DNA of 64,000 nucleotides from an uncultured virus (IMG/VR IMGVR_UViG_3300025867_000015) (lineage: Duplodnaviria; Heunggongvirae; Uroviricota; Caudoviricetes). The notes below the pieces were generated by a model, which had not been told where the DNA came from, searched no databases, and saw only the letters and a program-made list of their open reading frames with translations. The translations under genes were made by a program, and so were the position numbers. Positions 9,277 to 18,472 of this stretch are shown here, one piece after another. The stretch covers positions 1 to 64,000 of IMG/VR virus record IMGVR_UViG_3300025867_000015; one strand, given 5' to 3'. The stretch's first letter is position 1; each line of letters opens with the position of its first letter.

Positions 9277-9645
9277 CACCCTCTATCTTCAGACTCACTG
9301 AAATTTATTCCACGTATCTCTTACGAGAGTAGTAGGGTCATGCTGAGAACTCATTCGTGTTGGATATGCCATTTTTACATATCAAGAATTGAATCATGGT
9401 ATCCTTTCTCAAGGGAACAACACGTATAGGATTACTCCATTGATGTTTTTACGCCTACAACTCCTATCAGCATTTCTGCCATCGTATGTTGCATATTCAA
9501 CATCCTGTCAATTCAGGATTATCATCTTTATGTGAATCTATCTGCCAGTTTTAGCTTACTTACAAGCGACATGCGCATGACACAGATAATTACTATTGTG
9601 AGATAGTTTTATTCACAAAGGATCAATGTTTAGCCAAAGATTTTC
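9277..9645 (-). ncRNA. Large, multi-pseudoknot structured RNA (about 370 nt), family unassigned
   Basis: ORF-free and GC-richer than its flanks, with more than 10 complementary segment pairs and GNRA-capped hairpins (CTT-GAGA-AAG, TCTC-GTAA-GAGA). Confidence 0.75.
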
Positions 9646-9650
9646 AATTA

Positions 9651-9662
9651 TTCAAAGAACTT
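9651..9662 (-). promoter_or_regulatory. boxA-like motif (copy 2)
   Basis: AAGTTCTTTGAA on the minus strand. Confidence 0.55.
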
Positions 9663-9673
9663 TAGTCCTTTAA

Positions 9674-9914
9674 AAATTCCTGACCGTTATGCCTACGGAA
9701 TAATACATTAACCTCTGTGATACATATCTGAGTCTAATCTACAGTCTGCTACCCACCGTCGGTTGCGCCGAGCATCTGGACAACTGAATATGTAACACTT
9801 TGTCAACTTTTATCTATCCACAAACAACGACCTTTGCAAGAGGTCTAATTATAACTTTTGACTATATGTCGTACCAAGCAGGCTCTATAATTTGTTTGCT
9901 TCAATCAGGAATTT
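9674..9914 (-). ncRNA. Structured RNA (about 240 nt) with a 13-bp terminal stem, family unassigned
   Basis: AAATTCCTGATTG/CGGTCAGGAATTT closing helix; internal GCAAACAA/TTGTTTGT, GACCT/AGGTC and TCGG-CGCAA-CCGA. Confidence 0.7.
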
Positions 9915-9924
9915 CAAAGAACTT
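9913..9924 (-). promoter_or_regulatory. boxA-like motif (copy 3)
   Basis: AAGTTCTTTGAA between tRNA-Leu and the 240-nt RNA. Confidence 0.55.
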
Positions 9925-9930
9925 ATTTTG

Positions 9931-10015
9931 TAGTCTGAGCCAGAGTCGAACTGGCACACTCGCTATGAGTAATAGATTTTAAGTCTATCGTGTCTACCAA
10001 TTTCACCATCAGACC
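9931..10015 (-). tRNA. tRNA-Leu(UAA)
   Basis: GGTCTGA/TCAGACT-A acceptor, ATAGA-CTTAAAA-TCTAT anticodon arm, long variable arm, GTTCGA T-loop. Confidence 0.95.
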
Positions 10016-10196
10016 AGATAACTTTGCATTATGTGCTTCAATCTCCTTTTTCCTCTTTATAAAATCTGCCATACTCAATTTGTCTAATTCTTCTTTATTA
10101 ATTTTCATAACTCGTCATCTACTTCAATAGGATCGACACTTGAAAATGCACCAATTACCAGTGCAACGAATACAACTATTGTCAACATTGCTTCCA

Positions 10197-10436
10197 TTAC
10201 ATTACTCCTTCCTGATTTTTAACAAAGAAATGATCGACATTAAAGTAGTTGTAACCCTGTTTGTTCAACTGATTGCAAACCATGTTTACAATATTATACA
10301 GTTGCTTAATAGAACTTCCTTTCTTATGAGCCTCTCTGACTCTGGTTATCATCACCGATTCTTGTTGATACATTGACAGATTGTTCTTTGGGTTGGCAAA
10401 CTGTCCAATTTTCAGTAATTCATCACTTAGTAACAT
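10197..10436 (-). CDS. Small hypothetical (early-region) protein
   Basis: 79 aa, preceded by the conserved ATTCAAACAATAATTAAAAA leader. Confidence 0.55.
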   Translation of the reverse strand: MLLSDELLKIGQFANPKNNLSMYQQESVMITRVREAHKKGSSIKQLYNIVNMVCNQLNKQGYNYFNVDHFFVKNQEGVM

Positions 10437-10521
10437 GATCTTAACTTTTTAATTATTGTTTGAATAAATGATGTTTTATAGTTATCACCTACGCTGCAAA
10501 ACTTTTCAGAAAACACAGATT

Positions 10522-10770
10522 TTAAAAACACAATGACTGTGCAAACACGACTATTTCAATAGGGGCTTGTGTCGATGGAGTAGGGTTTGATCCGCTCCAA
10601 AATTGGTTATAAGGTAACCCGGCTTGCTTTATAGCTTTTGTAATTGCGGCATAACCAACTACACACCAACCTTTACTTGGAATCTTATTTCTTCTGGTAC
10701 AAGGGTCGAAAGTTTTTCCTGAAAATTTCTCTTTAAGTACTGCGGCTAAATCATTGATTGTTGTTTTCAT
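10522..10770 (-). CDS. Small hypothetical (early-region) protein
   Basis: 82 aa, preceded by the same leader. Confidence 0.55.
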   Translation of the reverse strand: MKTTINDLAAVLKEKFSGKTFDPCTRRNKIPSKGWCVVGYAAITKAIKQAGLPYNQFWSGSNPTPSTQAPIEIVVFAQSLCF

Positions 10771-10802
10771 TTTGCTTAGATTTTTAATTATTGTTTGAAT
10801 GA

Positions 10803-11000
10803 TTACCCTCTTACCCCTCCATTATAACATCTTCTCAATTTACCGTAATAATATTTTGAGAAGTTGACTTTATCATCTTTGAACATTTTGTATGCTTCAT
10901 CAATATTTGATGCACAATAATAAACGTCGGTCTTTCTTCCCATCGAATCAGTTATATTGTACAAATTATTCTGTTCCTGTTTTGTTTTAATTGTTTCCAT
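10803..11000 (-). CDS. Small hypothetical (early-region) protein
   Basis: 65 aa; first gene after the repeated promoter module. Confidence 0.55.
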   Translation of the reverse strand: METIKTKQEQNNLYNITDSMGRKTDVYYCASNIDEAYKMFKDDKVNFSKYYYGKLRRCYNGGVRG

Positions 11001-11015
11001 AATCTATATTGTTTC

Positions 11016-11110
11016 TTTAACACGGTAAAATTAATATAATAATTAACACAAACAAAATTTTTGGTCAATTATTTTTAAAAATATCCTTAATTTATAATGA
11101 TTATAAATAA
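11016..11110 (-). promoter_or_regulatory. Repeated promoter module (TTTG-N19-TAATTTTA plus upstream 19-bp palindrome), copy A
   Basis: 92/95 nt identical to 32948..33042; resembles the Bacteroidota -33/-7 promoter. Confidence 0.75.
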
Positions 11111-11145
11111 TATTATCATTATTACTAATATACACACTATATTTT

Positions 11146-11583
11146 TTAGTCCTTAAATATTATCTCATAAGTCATAACAAACCCAGCCGAATATGCTAAA
11201 GAATAAATCACGAAATCATCCAAATAATATTTAAATGGCTTCTTCTTACCTCCGATTTGAACTGTTATAGCTAATATTGTTGAATACTTATTACAAGTAT
11301 TCATCATATGCCATCCATCGGTAAATGTGACAAAGATTGTTGATGAACCCGGAAACTTTTCACCCTGTGCAGGATCGCCGTTTTTCCACTTATTTTGCCA
11401 GCTTAAATCGGGATTCCAGAACTTGGAATTGCCCGTGTAATGGAATTGCAGGAAATCGGCAGTTCCTTTACTTGCTCCAGATATAAACATTAATCCTGTT
11501 GGTACAGGCTGAAACTTATATTGAGCCATCACTACAGTAGGCATGAGCACCAATATAGAGAAAAATAATCTCATTGTCTTCAT
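11146..11583 (-). CDS. Hypothetical membrane/secreted protein
   Basis: Signal-like N-terminus, SWQNKWKNGD...TDGWH motif, hydrophobic C-terminus. Confidence 0.55.
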   Translation of the reverse strand: MKTMRLFFSILVLMPTVVMAQYKFQPVPTGLMFISGASKGTADFLQFHYTGNSKFWNPDLSWQNKWKNGDPAQGEKFPGSSTIFVTFTDGWHMMNTCNKYSTILAITVQIGGKKKPFKYYLDDFVIYSLAYSAGFVMTYEIIFKD

Positions 11584-11598
11584 AATTAATATGTTTAA

Positions 11599-12765
11599 TT
11601 ACTCCTCCATACTATTCTGATCATTCTTAATTATCTCCAATAACTTATCTCTATTACTCTGGACCTTCTGAGTATCCTTTAATGGAAGTTCTTCATATGA
11701 TACATCTTGTATACTACTATCTGGTTTACTCCTCTGATATTGTTCTATCTCATTCCAATCATAATTTCGTATAAGATCCATTGTAGTAGGTACCAAATTT
11801 GTAGACAACTTACTAAACCCATTAAACTGACTGTAAAAAGAAGAAGTTAGTGCTGTTAATATAATATGTGGATTAATATGCTGTTTGGCAGCAGTTAGAT
11901 AAACTGGTATTAAATGGATAGGGACCTTCTTACTTATATCAGTAATAGTAGATGCTGCCATTAATGTAGCATTAACATCTATCTTACCATCTATTGTCAA
12001 CTTTACTTCATCACCCTTTATTTCTTTCCTTACCTGTTCAATGATAGCCCTGATCTCTTGACTTATCCCTTTTAACTCAGTTCTTATCTGTGTAGTGTCT
12101 CTATCTTTCTTACTATACAGATCATTAAAAATAGCCATAAACTTACTATACAATATAGACAAAGTTTCAACACGTCCTGCATCAGTAGCTAAATAATGAT
12201 CTTTAGCTGATCGTATAAACTCCATTCTCTTTCTATCAATAGTGTCCTTGTTCTTTAGGAAGAACTTATATATTAACACACTATCAGTCTGATACCCCCA
12301 ATTCTTTAATATTTCTTCAACTTCCTCAAAAGTCTTATATTTAGCAAATTCATCAATTATGTCTGCCTTTCTCCAATCAAATATATCCTTTCCCAATCTT
12401 GGTCTTATCCATTTTAGCCATGCAAACTTTAATCTACTCTTTTGATGCTTTCTTTCTTCCATCTCCTTACATAAATCTTCCAATGATGTCAAATCAGTAG
12501 GTGAAATATTCTTCTCTTTTGCTCTCTTAACTGCCATCCCGTTAAACAATAGTGTATCAACACTTTCCACCTCTTTTGTCTTACTATTTACAAATTGAAA
12601 ATATCGTCTTGGATGTTCCCTTGTTTCTTTTCCTAGTTGTAACCAATTGATATACAACTGTTTAATATCCTCAGGAGCATCATCAAACTCTCTGGGAAGT
12701 ATGACAATACCACGCTCGTTATACTGAACGTCGGTATCATCTTGTATCATAGATAGTCTATCCAT
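11599..12765 (-). CDS. Hypothetical protein, possibly DUF2280-like / small terminase-related
   Basis: R.EF...LA..GRVETL...IIEQVRKEIKG resembles the DUF2280 pattern as I recall it. Confidence 0.35.
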   Translation of the reverse strand: MDRLSMIQDDTDVQYNERGIVILPREFDDAPEDIKQLYINWLQLGKETREHPRRYFQFVNSKTKEVESVDTLLFNGMAVKRAKEKNISPTDLTSLEDLCKEMEERKHQKSRLKFAWLKWIRPRLGKDIFDWRKADIIDEFAKYKTFEEVEEILKNWGYQTDSVLIYKFFLKNKDTIDRKRMEFIRSAKDHYLATDAGRVETLSILYSKFMAIFNDLYSKKDRDTTQIRTELKGISQEIRAIIEQVRKEIKGDEVKLTIDGKIDVNATLMAASTITDISKKVPIHLIPVYLTAAKQHINPHIILTALTSSFYSQFNGFSKLSTNLVPTTMDLIRNYDWNEIEQYQRSKPDSSIQDVSYEELPLKDTQKVQSNRDKLLEIIKNDQNSMEE

Positions 12766-12790
12766 GTAGTATTAGACTGTGTTATTACCT

Positions 12791-13356
12791 TTACGAAATT
12801 AAAATTATCTCTTTAATAGTCCCTTCTAATTTTTCTATTCTGTCTCTAATTTTTCTTCTTATACGATCAAGTTCTTGTATTGGACGAAAAACTTCACCTA
12901 TTAATTTTCTATTCACATCATTCATTTCTTCATCAACTAATTTAAAAAATTTAATTTCATCATATACTCTCTCTTCTAGTATATATTTTAATGTTTCAAT
13001 AGCCTCATCTACCTGCACAACCATATCTTCTTTAGAACCATATAAACCATTAAGAAACTCATCTTTAATAGATGACCCTATTAATTCGCCTGTTTCTCCA
13101 CAATTATAAACATATCTTCCATACTCTATAAACCTTTCTATCCTTTTTATAGATGTCTTGATATTAGGCTTAGGGTATTTTATTTCTTCACTCACACTTT
13201 CTTCTTTACTTTCTTTAATAGCCTTTTCCATAGCTATTAAACAAATCTTTCTCCAATCTGAAGAACGTTGTTCAACTGACTGTTTATAAGTCTCATTGAG
13301 TATTTCATTTAAGTCTCTCATAACTGTTTCTTCTTTTAATTGTTTCTTCTCTTCTA
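12791..13356 (-). pseudogene. 3' part of a phage gene interrupted by the IS element (may reinitiate at MRDLNE)
   Basis: Joins in frame to 14633..14717 when the element is removed. Confidence 0.75.
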
Positions 13357-13361
13357 GTGAA

Positions 13362-14561
13362 CTACCCACCCACAGCAAAGCTGATGGGTTGGGCTTCGGA
13401 CTTCGTAGATAGTTGAGTATTACTACTTCTTACACCATCTCCATCCGTGTTTTCGACAGTTCCTGCCGAGTTTAATATTTTTAATCCTTCTTTAAAAATG
13501 TTCTTTGCTGCATTAAGGTCACGGTCTAATACGTGTCCATTTTTGCAAGTCCATTCTCTTATTGAAAGATTTAAGTCTTGATTTATCCAACCGCACTCAC
13601 AACAGGTTTTTGAACTTGGATACCAGCGATTGATTTTAACAATTTGTTTGTCATTCCAATTTGCTTTGTATTCAAGTAATCTTACAAAAGTTCCCCAACT
13701 GGCATCTGATATATGTTTTGCAAGTTTATGGTTTTTGACCATACCTTTCACATTCAAATCTTCTAATGCGATTATATCATAATCAGTTACCAATTTGTGA
13801 GATACCTTGTGTAAGTTATCCATTCGTGAGTTGGTTATCTTCTCGTAAATTAAGGCTGTTTTTCGTCTTTGTTTTTCAAACGAATTACTACCCTTTACTT
13901 TACGAGAAAGATGTTTTTGTGCTTTCGCTAACTCTTTTTCATATTGTTTTGTGTATTTGTTGTTCTTGAATTTGACACCATCAGAAGTAATAGCAAAGTC
14001 TTTTAAACCTAAATCTATTCCACAAACAGCACCAGTCTTTTCTTTTGGTTGATATTGTTCTTCTGATAGTATTGATACGAAATATTTTCCTGTTGGTGTT
14101 TTGCTCAAAGTGCATTTACCAATTTCCCCTTTAACTTCACGGTGAACATTTACTTTAATACCTTCTTTGAATTTTGGTGCAAAAAATCTACCAACTTCAA
14201 GTTTTGCGAACTGTGGAACTGTGAATGAGTTTTTCTTTTTCCTTGACTTAAATTGTGGAAACTTAGCGTTACCTCTAAAGAAGTTTACGTAAGCAGTATC
14301 CAAACATCTTAAAGCAAATTGTAATGATTGGCTATTCACTTCTTTGAGCCAAGCAGTTTCTTCTTTCTTTTTTAGTTCGGTTAATGTAGCAGCCTGTTTA
14401 TAGTAACTATCAGACTTTTTATCTGCTTGATATTGCTCTTTTCTTTCATTTAAAAAGTGATTGAACACAAACCGAACACAACCAAAATGCTTATCCAACA
14501 ACACTTTTTGCTCTTGTGTTGGCTGCAATTCAAATTGATATGTCCGAAAAATTGTCTTCAT
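13362..14561 (-). CDS. tnpB: RNA-guided endonuclease TnpB
   Basis: N-terminal HTH (FGCVRFVFN), RuvC D/E/D residues in GIDLG, LEDL and DRDLNAA, Zn-finger SSKTCCECG. Confidence 0.95.
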   Translation of the reverse strand: MKTIFRTYQFELQPTQEQKVLLDKHFGCVRFVFNHFLNERKEQYQADKKSDSYYKQAATLTELKKKEETAWLKEVNSQSLQFALRCLDTAYVNFFRGNAKFPQFKSRKKKNSFTVPQFAKLEVGRFFAPKFKEGIKVNVHREVKGEIGKCTLSKTPTGKYFVSILSEEQYQPKEKTGAVCGIDLGLKDFAITSDGVKFKNNKYTKQYEKELAKAQKHLSRKVKGSNSFEKQRRKTALIYEKITNSRMDNLHKVSHKLVTDYDIIALEDLNVKGMVKNHKLAKHISDASWGTFVRLLEYKANWNDKQIVKINRWYPSSKTCCECGWINQDLNLSIREWTCKNGHVLDRDLNAAKNIFKEGLKILNSAGTVENTDGDGVRSSNTQLSTKSEAQPISFAVGG

Positions 14562-14587
14562 TATACTATTAAATAGTTTTATTTATG

Positions 14588-14595
14588 CAAAGATA
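14588..14595 (-). promoter_or_regulatory. Bacteroidota -7 promoter box for tnpB
   Basis: TATCTTTG matches TAnnTTTG, 26 nt upstream of the tnpB ATG. Confidence 0.6.
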
Positions 14596-14632
14596 ATACT
14601 TTTTTGTAAATCCGCTACATTTTATAAAATGT

Positions 14633-14717
14633 CTAATTCGCCTAATGCTTCTTCTGCAACATCCCTTACTTCTTTTAGGGAGTGTTCTAGTATTAGAATT
14701 CTTTGAAAATCATCCAT
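14633..14717 (-). pseudogene. 5' part (28 codons) of the IS-interrupted gene
   Basis: MDDFQRILILEHSLKEVRDVAEEALGEL followed by the IS left end. Confidence 0.75.
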
Positions 14718-14725
14718 AATCTTAT

Positions 14726-15658
14726 TTAAAGATTAATAATATCATTAATATCTTTAACTATAAAACTAGCATACCATTTATTACCTCCACCTCCATATTG
14801 TTTAGCAATAATAGAACAATCAACAAGCCCGTTATCATTATATAAACTAAAACACCATTTTGAACCATCATAATAAAAACTGGCACACCCATCATAACCA
14901 TCTTTATGATAGTCTATACCAAAATCAGTTAAATTAAGTCTCTGTCTATTAATACAAATAAAATTATATCCCTCTTCCAGAATAGTAATGTTAGAAAATG
15001 TAACAACAACTCCATTTTTATAAAGTTGTTTAGCTTCTGTACAGAGATACTTATAAATTACTCTTCCTTCATTCTTAATTATTTCTATGTCACTTTTATT
15101 AATAGGAGAATTAAAACTTCTTTGCAAAAATATATAAGCATCTTCATAACTAGAAATTATTGATCTAACACCATATTGAAACTCTAATACATCTTTCCAA
15201 TTAATAGTGCCTATACCACCAAAACAATCATAACGACCAATAAGTCTTACTATTTCAGGCATAGGTTCATTGGGGGAGAGGAACTTCCAAGTAAGTTCAC
15301 AAGCAGCATAATTAATATCTCTAATTCCCCAAATACTATTATTAATTTTACTGTCTCTAAAACTATGAAAATAATCTTTTACTTCTTTTATAGCAGATAT
15401 ATGATGATCTAACCATAATAGAGACTTATTATTCAACTTTTTAATCTCTTCTTTAGGAAAACTAATATCAACCATAATTACTTTATCATACCCTGATAAA
15501 TCAGGAATAGATTGTCCATAATCATAACCTATAAAATCTAAATAATCCTTAGAAGTAGACTTATAAATTTTAACGTGTTCTGTAGACCAATGTTTAACAA
15601 TGGCTGCAGACATCCAACCATCAAGATCAACGTTGTGATAAATACATGCTGTTTTCAT
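14726..15658 (-). CDS. DHH-family phosphoesterase
   Basis: YH..DLDG, VDISF, LDHH, and C-terminal GGGG (N in place of the usual H). Confidence 0.85.
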   Translation of the reverse strand: MKTACIYHNVDLDGWMSAAIVKHWSTEHVKIYKSTSKDYLDFIGYDYGQSIPDLSGYDKVIMVDISFPKEEIKKLNNKSLLWLDHHISAIKEVKDYFHSFRDSKINNSIWGIRDINYAACELTWKFLSPNEPMPEIVRLIGRYDCFGGIGTINWKDVLEFQYGVRSIISSYEDAYIFLQRSFNSPINKSDIEIIKNEGRVIYKYLCTEAKQLYKNGVVVTFSNITILEEGYNFICINRQRLNLTDFGIDYHKDGYDGCASFYYDGSKWCFSLYNDNGLVDCSIIAKQYGGGGNKWYASFIVKDINDIINL

Positions 15659-16923
15659 ATATTTATTTTTTATGTTGTTAGTTTAATTTAATACCAATGT
15701 TCACAATTATCAAATACACAGAAAGAACATTTCTGCAACCCTTCTTATACTTCCTTACTGTTACAACTCTTTTTTCTTTTCTTCAAAATACATACCATTA
15801 AAGCTCCAACATACCCATGCTTTAACTAATATTAGATTAATACCAATCTCATAAGCATTTACAAGATTATTACCCCATTCTTTAGTATGGTTAAAATCCT
15901 TTCTACCTACAATCTTATCTCTTTTAAACCACAACCCAACTTCCCATTTTGAGAATACTCTATCTATACGTTTAGATTTTTCAAATCTATGGCGTAAAAC
16001 AGTTGTAATATTGCAACTTCTTATTCTAAAACTTCTTACCATTTTTTATTTATCTAGATTATCTATCATTATGAATGAAAAATGTCCATGTCTTTGCTTG
16101 TGGATGTTCTACCCTCCACGTTTTATAATTAATATACCCAATTCCATATATAACACCTATTATTAATAAGCAAACTGCTGTCACAGTTAAAATAGTTTTA
16201 ATTTTCTTTATCATAGTTTTTAAATTATTACTTCAATTTAAATATTAACTACTAAATTCAAATCTTCTTTAGTCACTATTTTACTTTGTAAAACCCTTTC
16301 TTGCTCCTTTTGGCAGTCAATGATAAAATTACTAAATTCCTCAGTAAATATAATTTTTTCAGAAGATAAACTTTCACCTTCTTTCAAAATACTCTTTAAA
16401 GAAACTTTCTTCAAATGTGTCATCTTATTTTTACGTTTATTTGTCTTCTAATTTCCTATCTTATTTAAAAAATGTTTTTTAGACTTATCATCCAAATTAT
16501 TGTACAAATTAACATGTATTACTTCATCTTTATCAACTTATACAACTTTTTCAATATATAATATATCTTCAACTTCTCCATTTCTAACTCTCTTAAAAGT
16601 AACTTCATAAAATGGACAACACTCACTCTCTTCATAACACTAACTATTATATTCACATATTTCACAATCTTCAATTGTACTTACACAACCACTACAACAG
16701 TTACAATCCATACTGTCTACTTCTGTTTCTTCAAACTTACCATACACCATGAATAACCCAGAAATAGCTATAGCTATAGAAATAACCCAAGAAAACGAAA
16801 AGCCCCAATAAAACATTTTATTACCTGTTATAGCAACTAAAATAACCGGAGATATAAAAATTAAAATAGGGAGAATAATAGTCAATAATATCTCAACCTT
16901 TTCATTTACTTTTTTATTTTTCT

Positions 16924-17274
16924 TCATTTTATTATGTATTTAAACCAACAAAACTTACTACGAATTAATGGATATAAATAATTTTTCTCCCCACTTCTAG
17001 CTTCTCTTTCAAATGACAAATTATAATATGAATTTTCCCCACATACAAATAATTTAATCACCCATTCAATAAAATATATGATATAGAAGAATATAAACAA
17101 TAACTCCTTCTGTTGTTCCCAATGTATATACTCATGAGTTTTAACACAATTACTTGCATTCATATCTCTTAAATATATACCAAAAGGAGCTATTGTTATA
17201 CCACCTACCCATTTAGGTAGGATAATGGTTAAAAACCAATTAAATTGATAATATTTAACCCTGAACAATATCAT
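16924..17274 (-). CDS. Membrane-associated HEXXH protein
   Basis: HEYIH..QQ.E and YYNLSFEREA motifs. Confidence 0.55.
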   Translation of the reverse strand: MILFRVKYYQFNWFLTIILPKWVGGITIAPFGIYLRDMNASNCVKTHEYIHWEQQKELLFIFFYIIYFIEWVIKLFVCGENSYYNLSFEREARSGEKNYLYPLIRSKFCWFKYIIK

Positions 17275-17954
17275 TTACTCGATGATTTCTACGATGTAAT
17301 ACCTGTTGAGGTAACCTTCTCCTACATGTTACCACGTTACATGCTCCAACCTTAGTTGAATTAGGATACTCATTTGCTTTACGTATAATACGTCTGGTTT
17401 CTGATGCTCCGGAATTCTTTCGTTTTAATCCCTGTAGGAATCTTGATACTCTGCCTACACTCTTACGAGTTCTCATTCTGTTTTTCATTGTAAATTGTTT
17501 TGTTTCATTAATGATATGACTTCGTTTTGAATTTCTTCTATTTTCTTCTGTTCAAAATCTTTTTCGTAATACACATTCACTTCTCCCTTACGTTCTTCAC
17601 ATGGTACTATAAGACAAAAATACTCTTTATTTATTTCAGATTTTCTAAAACTCTCTAAAAAATTATTTATATCTTCTTGTGAAAATACTTCAGAAACATG
17701 AATTATTATTAATGGTTTAACTGACATAGTATTTAACTTTTAAAGATTTAAATGAGTATCCCTGTTTTATTAATTCTTTCTTCATAAAACTCAACCAAGC
17801 AAACGGTTTATCATCATACAACACTGATTCTCTACCATTTTCAATAAATACTAATTTACCTCTAGTTGGTTTCTTCAATTTCTGAATACCGTAATTTCTT
17901 AAACGACCAAATTCAATTTCTTTACTCATTGACTATTAATCCTTTAAAACATAT

Positions 17955-18026
17955 TAAAATTAATATAATAATTAATACAAACAAAATTTATTTTTAATTT
18001 ATCATTAATTTATAATGATTATAAAT
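17955..18026 (-). promoter_or_regulatory. Promoter module with 19-bp palindrome
   Basis: TAATTTTA box at 17955-17962; ATTTATAATGATTATAAAT at 18008-18026. Confidence 0.65.
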
Positions 18027-18472
18027 AATTATTCTCTCAAAAAATGTTCTCTAATGGTTGTTCTACCATTTTCAACAGAAGATGTTATAACACTTTTCAT
18101 CTTCTTTTCTTTAGCTTTCAACCTCTCTAAAACCTTTAAAGCCTCTAACCTATTATTCTTATTAAGTGTGCCTAATCCAATTTCATTGTTTGCCATAAAT
18201 AATGTATTTAATTATTATTTTTATTTTATATAATTATACAAAATTAAATATCCCAGTCATCCATATCAAAATAAATCTGTTCAACTATATTTTCAATTTC
18301 TATCTTAGTTTTATTTATATCTCCTATTATTGAAAATATTAAATCAATTAATAACAACTCTTCATCACCATCTGTTTTATATTCTCTCAACGTCACACTA
18401 TTCAATGATTTTTCTATTAAATCACAAATTTTTTGTTTTTGTTCTTCTGTAAGATTCATATTTAATTATTAT

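Larger units (their letters stand above)
13357..14632 (-). mobile_element. IS200/IS605-family non-autonomous (IS1341-like) element
   Basis: tnpB only. Left end follows TTAG and starts with the palindrome ACATTTT-AT-AAAATGT; right end is GGTAGTTCAC. No target duplication. Confidence 0.88.

Noticed and set aside
8748..10108. ORFs 8748..8939 (+), 9800..9982 (+) and the 3' part of 9923..10108 (-)
   Set aside because: They overlap the tmRNA, structured RNA or tRNA-Leu and are better explained as incidental frames, although a short real ORF starting at 10108 is not excluded.
13357..14632. IStron or Cas12 system
   Set aside because: Only about 70 nt separate the left end from tnpB, leaving no room for a group I intron, and there is no CRISPR array.
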